A stretch of 64,000 nt of DNA, from NCBI GenBank assembly GCA_951406725.2, contig OX597819.1, positions 124,000,001 through 124,064,000 on the forward strand, read 5' to 3'. Shown here piece by piece: positions 1 through 11,366 of the stretch; positions within the stretch are counted from its first letter, which is position 1, and every line of letters begins with the position of its first letter. The notes beneath the pieces are model-generated. The model made no database searches. It was not told the DNA's origin and saw only the letters and a program-made list of their open reading frames with translations. A program made the translations under genes and the position numbers. Source of the DNA: Octopus vulgaris (lineage: Eukaryota).

Positions 1-178
1 GCAAGTAGAACGTAGGATATCAAGAGAGGGGTAATGCCTGGTGAAATAGCGTATTGAAGAGGGGGTTCGAAGAGTAGACACCTATAATGGTGGTGGGAGA
101 AGCGACATCCGGTATAGATGGAGCAAAAATATAGAGATATCCGGTATTGGTGGTGGGGGTGGGCAAGGGCAGGTGCAC

Positions 179-373
179 CGGGAATATGACAGGCTGGCTT
201 AAAAATGCTCTTAGCAAAGGAAGAGGGGGATGGCAGACAACGTAAAAGAGGGAGAGAGAGAAGCGAAATAGTGGAACCCCGCGGAAATGGGCCGCCATTG
301 AAAAAAAACCTGTATGGAGAAATAATATGCAATACGAGGCGAAGCTGAAAATAGTAATAATAATAATAACAAC

Positions 374-408
<35 letters not shown>

Positions 409-888
409 GCAAACTTTCGACCGAGGATCAAAGGGACAATACTAATACTAATAATAATAGTAATAATAATAAATAATAAATAATAAACAGCTCAACCACA
501 ACATTAGATTAGAAAGACTCTCTTATCTTGGGAACATTTCGTTCTTCGGCCTGACACGGGAATATGACAGGCTGGCTTAAAAATGCTCTTAGCAAAGGAA
601 GAGGGGGATGGCAGACAACGTAAAAGAGGGAGAGAAAGAAGGGAAATAGTGGAACCCCGCGAAAATGGGCCGCCATTGAAAAAAACCCTGTATGGAGAAA
701 TAATATGCAATACGAGGCGAAGCTGAAAATAGTAATAATAATAATAACAATAATAATAACAATAATAATAATAATAAGCAAACTTTCGACCGAGGATCAA
801 AGGGACAATACTAATACTAATAATAATAGTAATAATAATAAATAATAAACAGCTCAACCACAACATTAGATTAGAAAGACTCTCTTAT
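179..888 (+). repeat. Tandem duplication (~350-bp units at ~179-527 and ~557-888) of a purine-rich, (TAA)n-tailed segment, probably a LINE 3' end
   Basis: GGAATATGACAGGCTGGCTTAAAAATGCTC...AGAAAGACTCTCTTAT occurs twice. Confidence 0.8.
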
Positions 889-890
889 TT

Positions 891-949
<59 letters not shown>

Positions 950-1107
950 CGACAGGCTTCTTTCAGTTTCCATCTACCAAATCCACTCACAAGGCTTTGG
1001 TAGGCCCGAGGCTATAGTAGAAGACACTTGCCAAAGGTGCCACGCAGTGGGACTGAACCCGGAACCATGTGGTTCGTAAGCAAGCTACTTACCACACAGC
1101 CACTCCT
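950..1107 (-). mobile_element. tRNA-derived SINE family A (head)
   Basis: Reverse complement has A-box TGGCTGTGTGG and B-box GGTTCAGTCCC; near-identical copies at ~30196, ~45331, ~48000. Confidence 0.85.
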
Positions 1108-1536
1108 ACACCTATATATATATGTATTTGTATGATTACGTCCTTAAACCTGTATAAAATGTTATATATTTTTAAAAAATTGTAGTCAACTGTAAATTGG
1201 TAAATACGTCGGAATTGAACTGTGTGACCCAGAATGTTTGGATTACGGTACACAAATCATCCTTTCGGTGCCTATAAAATAAAGCAGAAGTGAAGTGCTG
1301 ATCCGTTGCCTCAAAATTGCTGGCCTTGTGCCTAAATCGAAAATGATTTCAGTTTAGTTCCATATTTACTTCTAAGTATGTCTCAGACGAAACTTCTAAA
1401 CACACTTTTAGTTATGGGGAATTGATTTATTTTTATAAGGTTTTGTAATACAATTCAAATTCTTTCACAATTCATTTTGTTTAATTTTTTTCTTTTTGAA
1501 ACAGCATTCATTAGCAACGTTTACAAAAAGAAGCTA

Positions 1537-1576
<40 letters not shown>

Positions 1577-1650
1577 CAAAATAAGCAACAAGAATATCTT
1601 CCGTAATTAGTTAAAATGTTGAGCACTCATTGATGGAATACCTCTATAAA

Positions 1651-1734
1651 TGGCTGATGATTGCTCAACATTTTAAAACTGTTGTAATACTTACAATGTT
1701 GAATAAAATGATGTAGCATGAAACGATCGTACCA
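1651..1734 (+). ncRNA. Minimal type I hammerhead ribozyme motif
   Basis: TGG-CTGATGA-TTGCT...AGCAT-GAAA-CGATCG-TA-CCA. Confidence 0.6.
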
Positions 1735-1885
1735 AATTACTGAAGATATTCTTGTTGCTTACTTTGATTATGGATTTATATGGATAACACCGTACAAAAT
1801 TCTGGTGCATATGACTTAAGTACCATATTCATTTGAATCTAAATTTTGCTGAACGTATATATATGTATGTATGTATGTATGTATA

Positions 1886-3456
1886 TCAGGTTGAGTAAAA
1901 TGTAAGCAATGTTTTGAACCATGAAGAATTTGTACCAGATTTTTGCAGAGTTAAAAATTTTTTTTTTTTAAATATTTTTTTGCAGTTGTCTGGCCCAAAC
2001 GCATCAGTAAATTAACATTGATATTTTTTCATCGTTGTTACAATCCTCTGAAATTGCTACAATTATCTTAAAGTGCGATTTTCGATCAATTTTACTATAT
2101 AACTTCAAAAAGTATGCAAAGCCACTGAAACTGCTTGCAACATCAACGAAACATTTGGTGAGAAAATGACCAGTGAATGGTCAGCTCGAAAATGGTTTAA
2201 ACAATTTCGCAGTGGAGACCTGAGCCTTGAAGATCGTGAGCATAGTAGACGTCTGTCAGTCATCGACGACGGTCAATTAAAGTCCGTCGTTGAGAAAGAT
2301 CCACGTAAAACCACTCGAGAACTGGCAGAAGAACTTCAAGTTAACCAGAAAACTACCTGCAACCATTTGAATACAATCGAAAAATCAAAAAAGCTCGGCA
2401 AATGGGTGCCACACGATTTGAATGAAAATCAGAAAATGCGCAGATGTGAAATTTGCTCATCGCTTCTCCGTAACCAGACCGATCCATTTCTCGAACGTGT
2501 TGTAATTTGCGATGAAAAGTGGATTCTGCACAATAATAATAAAAAAAACCTTCTTCGAAGTGGTTGGACTGAAATGAAGCACTGTAAACCTTCCCTAAAT
2601 CCGAGCTCTTCAAAAAGAAAGTTAGGATCTTTTCGGTTTGAACGGCAGTTTTTAACATAATTTCTAGGTAACTAAAAAATGTTAAACTTCGTATACTTGT
2701 AGAATGTGTTTATAAAACATCTTTTTCTCTTGGCTTTATTGAGAAAATTCTATAGTTTGTAAGATATTTGTTGGTTTTTTCTTCAATTTCTGCAATTTCA
2801 ACCAATCAATGACGTCCATTGAGGTAAAAAAACATTCTGTGCCGTATGAATATGTCCCTCATTTAAGAAACAGATTGGGTTTATTTACATTTCCGAAGAA
2901 AAAAAGATACCCTTTGCCCCACCCCTAACCCTAACCCTAAAACAGATTGAAATGCAATAGATCGATACTAGGGTTATAATTATGGGTGACAATTTCATAT
3001 GACACCGCTAGAAAAAAACTGCCGTTCAAACCGAAAAGATCCGAAAGTTATGGTGACTGTTTGGCGTACTGCAGGACTCATCCACTAAAACTTCTTAAAA
3101 CCCGGGAAAAACCATTACTGCAGAAATATATTCATTAACGACACTCCAGAAGTTGAGAGAATTTGGCTACGAAGTTCTTCCCCACCCAGCTTATTCCCCA
3201 GACCTTTCTCTTACTGACTACCACTTTTTCAAGTACCTTGGTGGTTTCCTGAGAGAGAAGGAGTTCAAAAATCAAACCGATGCTAAAAGTGCGTTCAAAG
3301 AGTTCATCAGCTCCAGAACTCCAGATTTTTTTTTGCTACCCAAATAAACAAACTTGTAACTCGTTAGTAAAAATGTGGTGATTGCAATGGTACTTACTCT
3401 GATGAATAAAATTTCTGCATTGTTGGAATATATTGCTTACTTTTTACTCAACCTGA
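1886..3456 (+). mobile_element. Degenerate mariner (Tc1/mariner) transposon
   Basis: 25-bp TIRs TCAGGTTGAGTAAAAWGTAAGCAAT flanked by TA; transposase fragments with WVPHDL, DEKW and HPAYSPDL motifs; frameshifted and interrupted by a MITE. Confidence 0.92.
2625..3042. mobile_element. Merlin-like MITE inserted in the mariner
   Basis: TIRs GGATCTTTTCGGTTTGAACGGCAGTTTTT; perfect 8-bp TSD GAAAGTTA (2617-2624, 3043-3050); GG termini plus 8-bp TSD fit Merlin/IS1595. Confidence 0.8.
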
Positions 3457-3542
3457 TATATATATAGATATGTGTATGTATGTATGTATGTATGTATGTA
3501 TTTATGTATGTATGTATTTATGTATGTATGTATGTATGTATT

Positions 3543-3576
<34 letters not shown>

Positions 3577-3652
3577 TGTATGTATGAACGTATGTAAATA
3601 TTTATTTATGTATGTATGTATGTATGTATGTAAATATATATGTATGTATGTA
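3457..3652. repeat. (TA)n/(TATG)n microsatellite
   Basis: Direct inspection. Confidence 0.95.
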
Positions 3653-5101
3653 TAGGAGAGAGCATTTATTTGAATATGCAAATAAGGATGGATCACATTT
3701 ATTCAAGAGATTGTTTAAAAGTTAGTTATTTCCGTATAAATCTCTCATTCTCCCCCTCTATATATATATGTGTGTGTGGGAAATACACGCACGCACAGAT
3801 GCACATACACATGCACACACACACAGAGAAAAAGTTGTCTATAATTCAGAAAGAAAAAAAAACGCACTCTAATAGAAATTATGAGTAGTTATACTATTAT
3901 GTATGCTAGTAGTATATCCTTGGTCATAACACATAACTGGTCAGAAAGTTATCATTGGTTTCGCGTTTACTATTGCCATGGCTCATCAGATATGCTGATC
4001 GGAAGTACATAGCCTGTTTACTGATGGAGGTAAATTTGGTCAGTTTAGTGGCGAAAAATACCGAAATGAAAAAAGAACCTGAGAGAGAAAAAATAATTGC
4101 CCCCCGTTGTACGATTCCAGCTGTGGCCAAAGCGGGCCAGCTGTACCTGCATACGCTTTTTTCCGTTCTCTGGTCGGCAAACAGGGAAGACCAAATTTCC
4201 AAAATGAATTTTCTGTCATGAGGGCAGTGGTTAAAAACTTCACATTTTGTATTCTTTTGCGAATTTTGGGGGGATCACTGCCATCTCAGCTAGGAAAACT
4301 TGCATTGTCTGCTTCCGTTGTGATATGGTTGAGATTGTTCAAACAGCTTCTGGTTAAAATTATATGATGTTCCCTTCTTTTCTAATCGCTATATATAGCT
4401 ATATATAGACCACATTTCCAAACTGAATTTTCTGTCATGAGGGTAGTTGTCAAAAACCTCACATTTTGTATCCTTTTGCGAATTTTGTGGAGATCACTGC
4501 CATCTCAGCTAAGAAAACTTGCATTGTCTGCTTCCGTTGTGATACGGTTGAGATTGTTCAAACAGCTTCTGGTTAAAATTATATGATGTTCCCTTCTTTT
4601 TTAATCGCTATATATAGCTTGGTAATGTTGTAACTCTTTTAGGATCATCTCAGGGATCCTAACAGAAGACCTGTGGTTATTTAGGCTGGCCTACTTCTTT
4701 TCTTGGTCGCAGAGTATATGACAACAGGCCACTATATTCTCTTTGCGGACATGGAATTATAAGATTTGGGTGACCAAAAATGCACCCACACCGTCAAACA
4801 AACTACATAAGGATGCTCCTCAGGAAGATCACCAAGCTAACAAGGTGCACGAAAAGGAAAGCCTGCCCTCGTTATCCAATACTTACAACATCAAATGTAG
4901 AAGTTTTCCATCCAGAATCAAAGGCCTTTGAAGCATCACCGCCAAACTGAAATTCTGTAAGTTCTCTAACCTTTTGCAACGGAAGCTTACTTCAGATACC
5001 TGCCTCCTTAGACATTTAAATAAGGCTTTACTTTTTTCTGATAAAGCGAAAACAAAACAAAACTATATAGAATAGATACTGACACTTATGATGAAGGAAT
5101 A

Positions 5102-5338
5102 GCTATTTCTTTACTACCCAAAAGGGGCTAAACACAGAGGGGGACAAACAAGGACAGACAAACGGATTAAGTCGATTATATCGATCCCACTGTGTAACTG
5201 GTACTTATTTAATCGACCCCGAAAGGATGAAAGGAAAAGTCGACCTCGGCAGAATTTGAACTCCGAACGTAACGGCAGACGAAATACCGCTAAGCATTTC
5301 GCCTGGCGTGCTAATGATTCTGCCAGCCCGACGCCTTA
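5102..5338 (-). mobile_element. SINE family B
   Basis: TSD ATGATGAAGGAATA (5088-5101, 5339-5352); homologous to copies at 10159, 11855, 15478, 47919, 58900. Confidence 0.88.
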
Positions 5339-5481
5339 ATGATGAAGGAATATTTTCATACAAAACTATAGGTAAGCTTTCCTTCATACATGCGAAAGCA
5401 TAAACAACGAGCCCAAAGAGTTAGCTAGGCTCTAGAAATAGCTGACAGAGTGGAAACCTTAGCTAAGAGGAATATATTTAA

Positions 5482-5875
5482 CTAGCAGTATCGCCCGGCG
5501 TTGCTCGGGTTTGTAAGGGAAATAACTATATAAGCATTTTTAGAGATGTAAAGTATAATAGCCATCTCAATATGGCTAACCACAAAGGGGGTGTTACTGT
5601 AGCTTTTTACGTTCTGAGGTTTAATAATAAATTTTTAGAGAGTTACTTCCCTTATATATGCCAAAAATGCATTAAAAATGGGAAAAATTGATGGTAAATT
5701 TTTTTTTAAATCGTAGACTCATCGTAGACGCGCGCTAATACCCAGAAGGGCTCGATATGAATCACGACTATAAGATACCCGGTTTTGGTTAAACTGCACC
5801 TCAAAATGTGGGAGTAGTTAGGAATCTAAATCGTAGGAGACAGACAGCACACAACCTCACTTTTATATATAAAGA
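5482..5875 (-). mobile_element. Non-autonomous Helitron
   Basis: On the minus strand: 5' TC start, 3' hairpin CCCGAGCAACGCCGGG then CTAG, inserted at A|T; near-identical copy at 25268-25572. Confidence 0.85.
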
Positions 5876-7650
5876 TTATGAACAAGAATCATAAGCCGAA
5901 CTTTGTCTCCGATGCTACGTGATGCTTGATTAACTCAGTTAAATCGGAAATCGGGCTGATGATTCAGAATATTTTGAGGAAGATGAACGACGCCATAAAG
6001 AAAGAATCAGGTCCCTCTTTACGGTATAATACCAATGAAGTAATTTCATGGTTTAAGGCAAACCAGGGTTAAGCAGAGCAAGGTTCATCCAATTTAATAT
6101 AGTGGACTTTTATCCATCTATATCGAAAGGGTTACAAGAAGGGGCGCTTAAATTTGCTATGGAGTTTATTGTTGTTAGTGAGCGGGATTTAAAGACACTA
6201 ATGCACGCCAGAAAATCCCAGCAATTCGACAAAGGTTTGGTATGGGCCAACCAAACTGACCCAGAAGGTTCCTTCGATGTGGCAATGAAAGCATCCGCTG
6301 GCGTGGATATCTGCGTCCTTGTAGAATTATATACACTTGACACCTTAATTAAGTCTGTCCACTTTGGTCTATAGAGAGATGACACTCTAACCATGTGTAA
6401 ATGCACGAAGACCACACCCTGTACAAACTTAAAAGGGACTTGATTCACACACATCCCTCAGTCTTTAGGTTACCATTGAGTTTAACCATACCATAGTTAA
6501 TTCTTTAGATGTAACGCTCGATTTGAGCACCAGTTTATTCAGGCCCTACAGCAAAACTAATGACACATTGTTGTATATGAACACAGCCTCCTGCCATCTG
6601 TCTATATTGTTTCAAAACCTTGTGAAGGATGTCAGTAAGAGAATTTCGAAACCATCTTCAAATAAATACGTTTTTAATGCAGCGGCCCCTATTACAATGA
6701 AGCTCTAGCAGCCAGTGGGTTTCAGAACTGCATTACCTATATGCTGGAACCTAGCCTCAACAAAAGAAAACACCGCCGTAACGTCCCCTGGTTTGCTCCA
6801 CATCTTCTCACTCAACGTCAAAACTTGAGTGGAAAGGGTCTTTCTTAGATTAGTAGACAAGCATTTCACACAGTTCCATAGTTATAGGGGGTTTTTTTAA
6901 CAGACATAATTTTAACTATGTGCCTACTGTACAAAAGATATTAGTGAACGTTCACAAGCTCCCCAACGGTAACAGCAGTAATAGTAACATCAACGAAAGA
7001 ACAAACACAGTAACAAGTTGAAGCAACGAAGGACCCTTTTAAAGCCATGCTAAATAACTATAAGCCCCAGAGATGACTCTAAAAGAGTTACATTAGCCAG
7101 CTGTATATGATGATTAAAGAGGAAGGATTGCCATATAAAATTAACTGGAAGTTGCTTCAGCCACCTCGGTCATATCAAACGGAAGAAGAGAGAAAAAATT
7201 TTGTTAGCCAAGTTGGCAATGATCATAAAGAGTTTGCAGGATCCAGGCGCCTTCTTGAATACAAAAAGGGAAATTTTTAGCCACTGTCGTCATGAGAGAA
7301 AATTCATTTTGGAAATGTGGTCTTACCCGTTTTCCAACAAGAGAACGGAAAAGACGGGACGCAGGCACAGCTGACCCACTTCAGCCACAGCTGGACTCAT
7401 ACAATAGAAGGCAACTGTCCTTTCCCTCTCAGAAAGAGGGGGTTTATTTCGTTTCCGTTTGGCCACCACCAAACTGACCCAGACTGTATATTCACCTCTT
7501 TCAGGAAAGAAGTTACGTGTTTCCGGCCAGTATATCTGATGATTCGTCTATCTGTCCTGGACAAAAGTAGACGCGAAATCAATGGTGACTTTCTGACCCC
7601 TCCTGACCAAGGATATACTACTCGAATTCATACACACAAACGTGTGTGTG

Positions 7651-7709
<59 letters not shown>

Positions 7710-8973
7710 CGCCATGTTGGATCGTTAGCCCCTACACACAATTTTTTTTTCTCTCCTTGTTTCTTTTCTGTGTATCTTTCTGTCGAAGAGCATAGGCTCG
7801 AAACGTAAAAGACTTGTTTTATTTCTATTCCTGAGTGCCATACTAATACATTTGTTTGTTTGTACTCCACCTGCCTTCGTCTTTTGTTTATTTTCGTAAA
7901 CCTGCCTTCGTCTTTTGTTTATTTTCGTAAACCTTCCCGTTATATATATAGACACCTGTTATGTCCTGTTAATTGCATTTGTATTTGTGTAACATTTCAC
8001 CGTCTTTTTAGTCCTTGTTTTTGTATACATTCGCTGCTTTCTTCCAAGGAATCTAATGCTCTTAGCTTAGTTTATCTTTGGGGCTGGCCAGATTGGAGTA
8101 ATCTGGAGTATAACCAGTCGAAATTGCAAAGATAATCTGGAACTCAACTGAGAATAGAAAACTCCGAATGACCCGTCCTTGTTTTCTTTGTATCGTCTGT
8201 CAGGATGTTTTGTTCTCCCTTTTTTGTATCACCTAACTATCTGGATGTTTTGCGTTCTTGTCCCATTTTGTTTTTTACACACACACACACACAGACATAT
8301 ACATATATATATATACATACATATATTTTACATATATTATACATATATATAAAAACACACATACATATATACATCGGTAAGATCAGTAAAATGTACTCCA
8401 TCCTGTGAAAGATAAATATCATTTAATAAACACATTTAATAAAAGAGCTACCAATAGTTTTATGCTTCAGAGATTCAATAAATTGGCAGATTTATACAAC
8501 CTGCCATGAACCTCCAAGCAATCTTTCATACTCAGTGCATATCTGATGTATCTAAAAAGCAGGAAGTTGGTCTATGAGATAAGAGTGGGGGGGGGAACGA
8601 GAAAAAAATCATGCGAAAAAGGTCGATGAAAAAGTGGAACAAGAAGAACGGAAAAGAAAAGTAGGAACACCTAGCACTTCGGTTTCTTTGTCTCTGAAAA
8701 CCATAATTAATCTTCTAGCAAGTGTACAATAGTACATCAGAAAGGAGGCCATAGTGTGGGAGATTGCAGCTCAATGCGGAGCGTTTGGTGCCCCCCGTTG
8801 TTCATGTTTTCTCATAGATCGGCATCCTGATTTTTAAAAACATCTAACGATGTGCACTTGGACTGAAAGATTGCTTGGAGATAGGTGCCATGTCATATAA
8901 ATCCGCCAATTTATTGTATCTCTAAAGCACGAAACTATCAGTATGTCTTTTAAAAACTGTGTATATTAAATGA

Positions 8974-9206
8974 TGTATGTATGTGCGTGTGTGCGTGTGT
9001 GTGTGTGTGTGTGTGTGCATGCGTGCGTGTGTATGTGCGCGTGTGCATGTGTGTGTGTGTGCATGCGTGCATGTGTGTGTGTGTGTGCATGCGTGCGTGT
9101 GTGTGTGTGCATGCGTGCGTGTGTGTGTGCGTGTGCATGCGTGCGTGTGTGTGTGTGCATGCGTGTGCGTGCGTGTGTGTGTGTGTGTGCATGCGTGCGT
9201 GTGTGT
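8974..9206. repeat. Complex (GT)n/GCAT microsatellite immediately 3' of the cytokine-like stop codon
   Basis: Direct inspection; source of several spurious ORFs. Confidence 0.95.
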
Positions 9207-9221
9207 TAAATTACATTCAGG

Positions 9222-9389
9222 TTATGAGAGATAATGCTTAAGTGCGTATTCAGCAGTGTGTAAATCGTTTACAAGCTCTTGCATTGTGGCCAGGATATAC
9301 AACTGGCGATGAACTTTTGAAGTATATCTCGGGATCAAGAGTGTCTCATCTACAAATATTGTCTTTTTGAGATCTTCTAAGCCGGCAAG
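9222..9389 (-). CDS. Cytokine-like gene terminal coding exon (CD loop + amphipathic helix D)
   Basis: Strong acceptor TTTTTTTCATATTTTTCAG; 55 codons then TAA. Missed by the ORF track (below its length cut-off). Confidence 0.85.
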   Translation of the reverse strand, partial: LAGLEDLKKTIFVDETLLIPRYTSKVHRQLYILATMQELVNDLHTAEYALKHYLS

Positions 9390-11313
9390 CTGAAAAATAT
9401 GAAAAAAATATTGTAACTGTGGAGTTAATTTGTTTTAACAACGTTATACTCACATGCATCTAAATAAATATTTGTTGGAAGCACTCCGTCGGTTACGACG
9501 ATGAGGGTTCCGGTTGATCCGAATCAACGGAACAGCCTGCTCGTGAAATTAACGTGTAAGTGGCTGAGCACTCAACAGACACGTGCACCCTTAACGTAGT
9601 TCTCGGGGATATTCAGCGTGACACAGAGAGAGACAAGGCCGGCCCCTTGAAATACAGGTACAACAGAAACAGGAAGTAAGAGAGAAAGTACAGCAGGGAT
9701 CACCACCATCCCCTGCCGGAGCCTCGTGGAGCTTTTAGGTGTTTGCGCTCAATAAACACTCACAACGCCCGGTCTGGGAATCGAAACCGCGATCGTATGA
9801 CCGCGAGTCCGCTGCCCTAACCACTGGGCCATTGCGCCTCTCTAAATAAATAGCACCTTAACTTTATACATGTACCCAGTGATATAGATAAAAGTTCTTT
9901 GTGCAAAAGGCGAGATCCGAAAGTGTACCAGGCGATAATAGAATCACATACAAAATTTTCGCACACTTGTCTATCGTCTTCATAATGTAAAAGAGCCCAT
10001 TACAACGAGGAGTGTGGGGGAAAGGAACCACTGTGAGAGGATGCTGCTTAGCAGAGATCTTCCTGATACCTGAGTAGGAGAGGACATTATCGATGGACCA
10101 ATTTCGTTCGATAACATTCCTCTGTAAAGGGTAAGGTATCTGTCTATAAAGTGTTTGGGGAAGGCGACGATCTGGCAGACACGTTAGCACGCCGGGCGAA
10201 ATGCGTAGCCGTATTTCGTCTGCCGCTACGTTCTGAGTTCAAATTCCGCCAAGGTCGACTTTGCCTTTCATCCTTTCGGGGTCGATTAAATAAGTACCAG
10301 TTACGCACTGGAGTCGATATAATCGACTTAATCCGTGTGTCTGTCCTTGTTTGTCCCCTCTGTGTTTAGCCCCTTGTGAGTAGTAAAGAAATAGGTATTT
10401 CGTCTGTCGTTACGTTCTGAGTTCAAATTCCGCCGAGGTCGACTTTGCCTTTCATCCTTTCGGGATCGATAAATAAAGTACCAGTTTTGCACTGGGGTCG
10501 ATATAATCCACTTCATCCCTTTGTCTGTCCTTGTTTGTCCCCTCTTCGTTTAGCCCGTTGTGGGCAATAAAGAAATATATAAAGTGTTTGGTGGGGGGCG
10601 GTAGAAAGATCACTCTGAAAATGAAAGTGATTATAGGTGAATACAATGGCGAAACAAAAACGGACACGGGATGTATGAATATTCCAATAGAGAAATAAAG
10701 GAAGAGAGAGATACTGGAATCAAAGAAATCAAACGGAAAAAGAGGAGAGCCTGGCTAAAGCAGTTTGATTAAGAAGCCAATACTTATGAGAGACACGAGA
10801 AACAGCAAAAGTAAAGTAAGCATGATGTAGAACATGGAACCAACTGTGTCACAATTTTATCCAGAGAGACGTGAGAACGATGTGGTTTCATCCCGCACCA
10901 ATATTTGACAGTCGGGTTGGAGTGGCACTTGTGGATTGTTTTTATCTCTCCTTTCACTGGGTTTTGTCAACGGATGCCTTTATTTCGCGCCACTGGCCAA
11001 AGCCAACCAATCACGGCCTTTGGTTAAGGTCCCATTTCCTAGGCTCTGTTGAGCCACCTTACTTGTATAATTCCTGTTTAGTTATACTCGCTCCTCTCGT
11101 TGTTTCTTTCCTTATCTCTAATTTTCCCTTAGCTACTGGACTCTGTTCTCTGTAGATATTTATATTTGTACGTGCATGTACGTGGATGTGTGGGCGTGCT
11201 TGCGCGTCTGCGCGTGCGTGGATGTGCATGGATGGCTGCGTATTGGAATTGTTCATAATTACATGTATTTATTTGTATGGATTCCCTTGTATCCCAATGT
11301 CATTTTAATCCTA

Positions 11314-11366
<53 letters not shown>

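Larger units (their letters stand above)
3935..7610 (+). mobile_element. Degenerate Penelope-like retroelement with an inverted, partly tandem pseudo-LTR at the 5' side
   Basis: RT remnants (VDFYPSIS, FDVAM..., GLYRDD) at ~6090-6400; C-terminal LNTKREIFSHCRHERKF at ~7256-7310; 3935-4260 is the reverse complement of ~7260-7600; 4190-4400 repeated at 4408-4617. Confidence 0.8.

Noticed and set aside
2923-2941. Telomere or chromosome-end signal
   Set aside because: Only three hexamers, internal to a MITE.
8950-9241. His/Thr- and Cys/Val-rich ORFs (also 20-866, 3470-3696, 24720-25056, 37069-37370)
   Set aside because: Translations of microsatellites.
9876-10121. Minus-strand ORF with a good acceptor (RNVIERNWS...FYLYHW) as an extra exon of the cytokine-like gene
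   Set aside because: The plus strand is a degenerate LINE RT, the donor is weak, and the gene model is already complete without it.
11063-11149. AG...GTAAGG-bounded segment in the last intron of the cytokine-like gene
   Set aside because: In-frame stop in the required phase and no pyrimidine tract.
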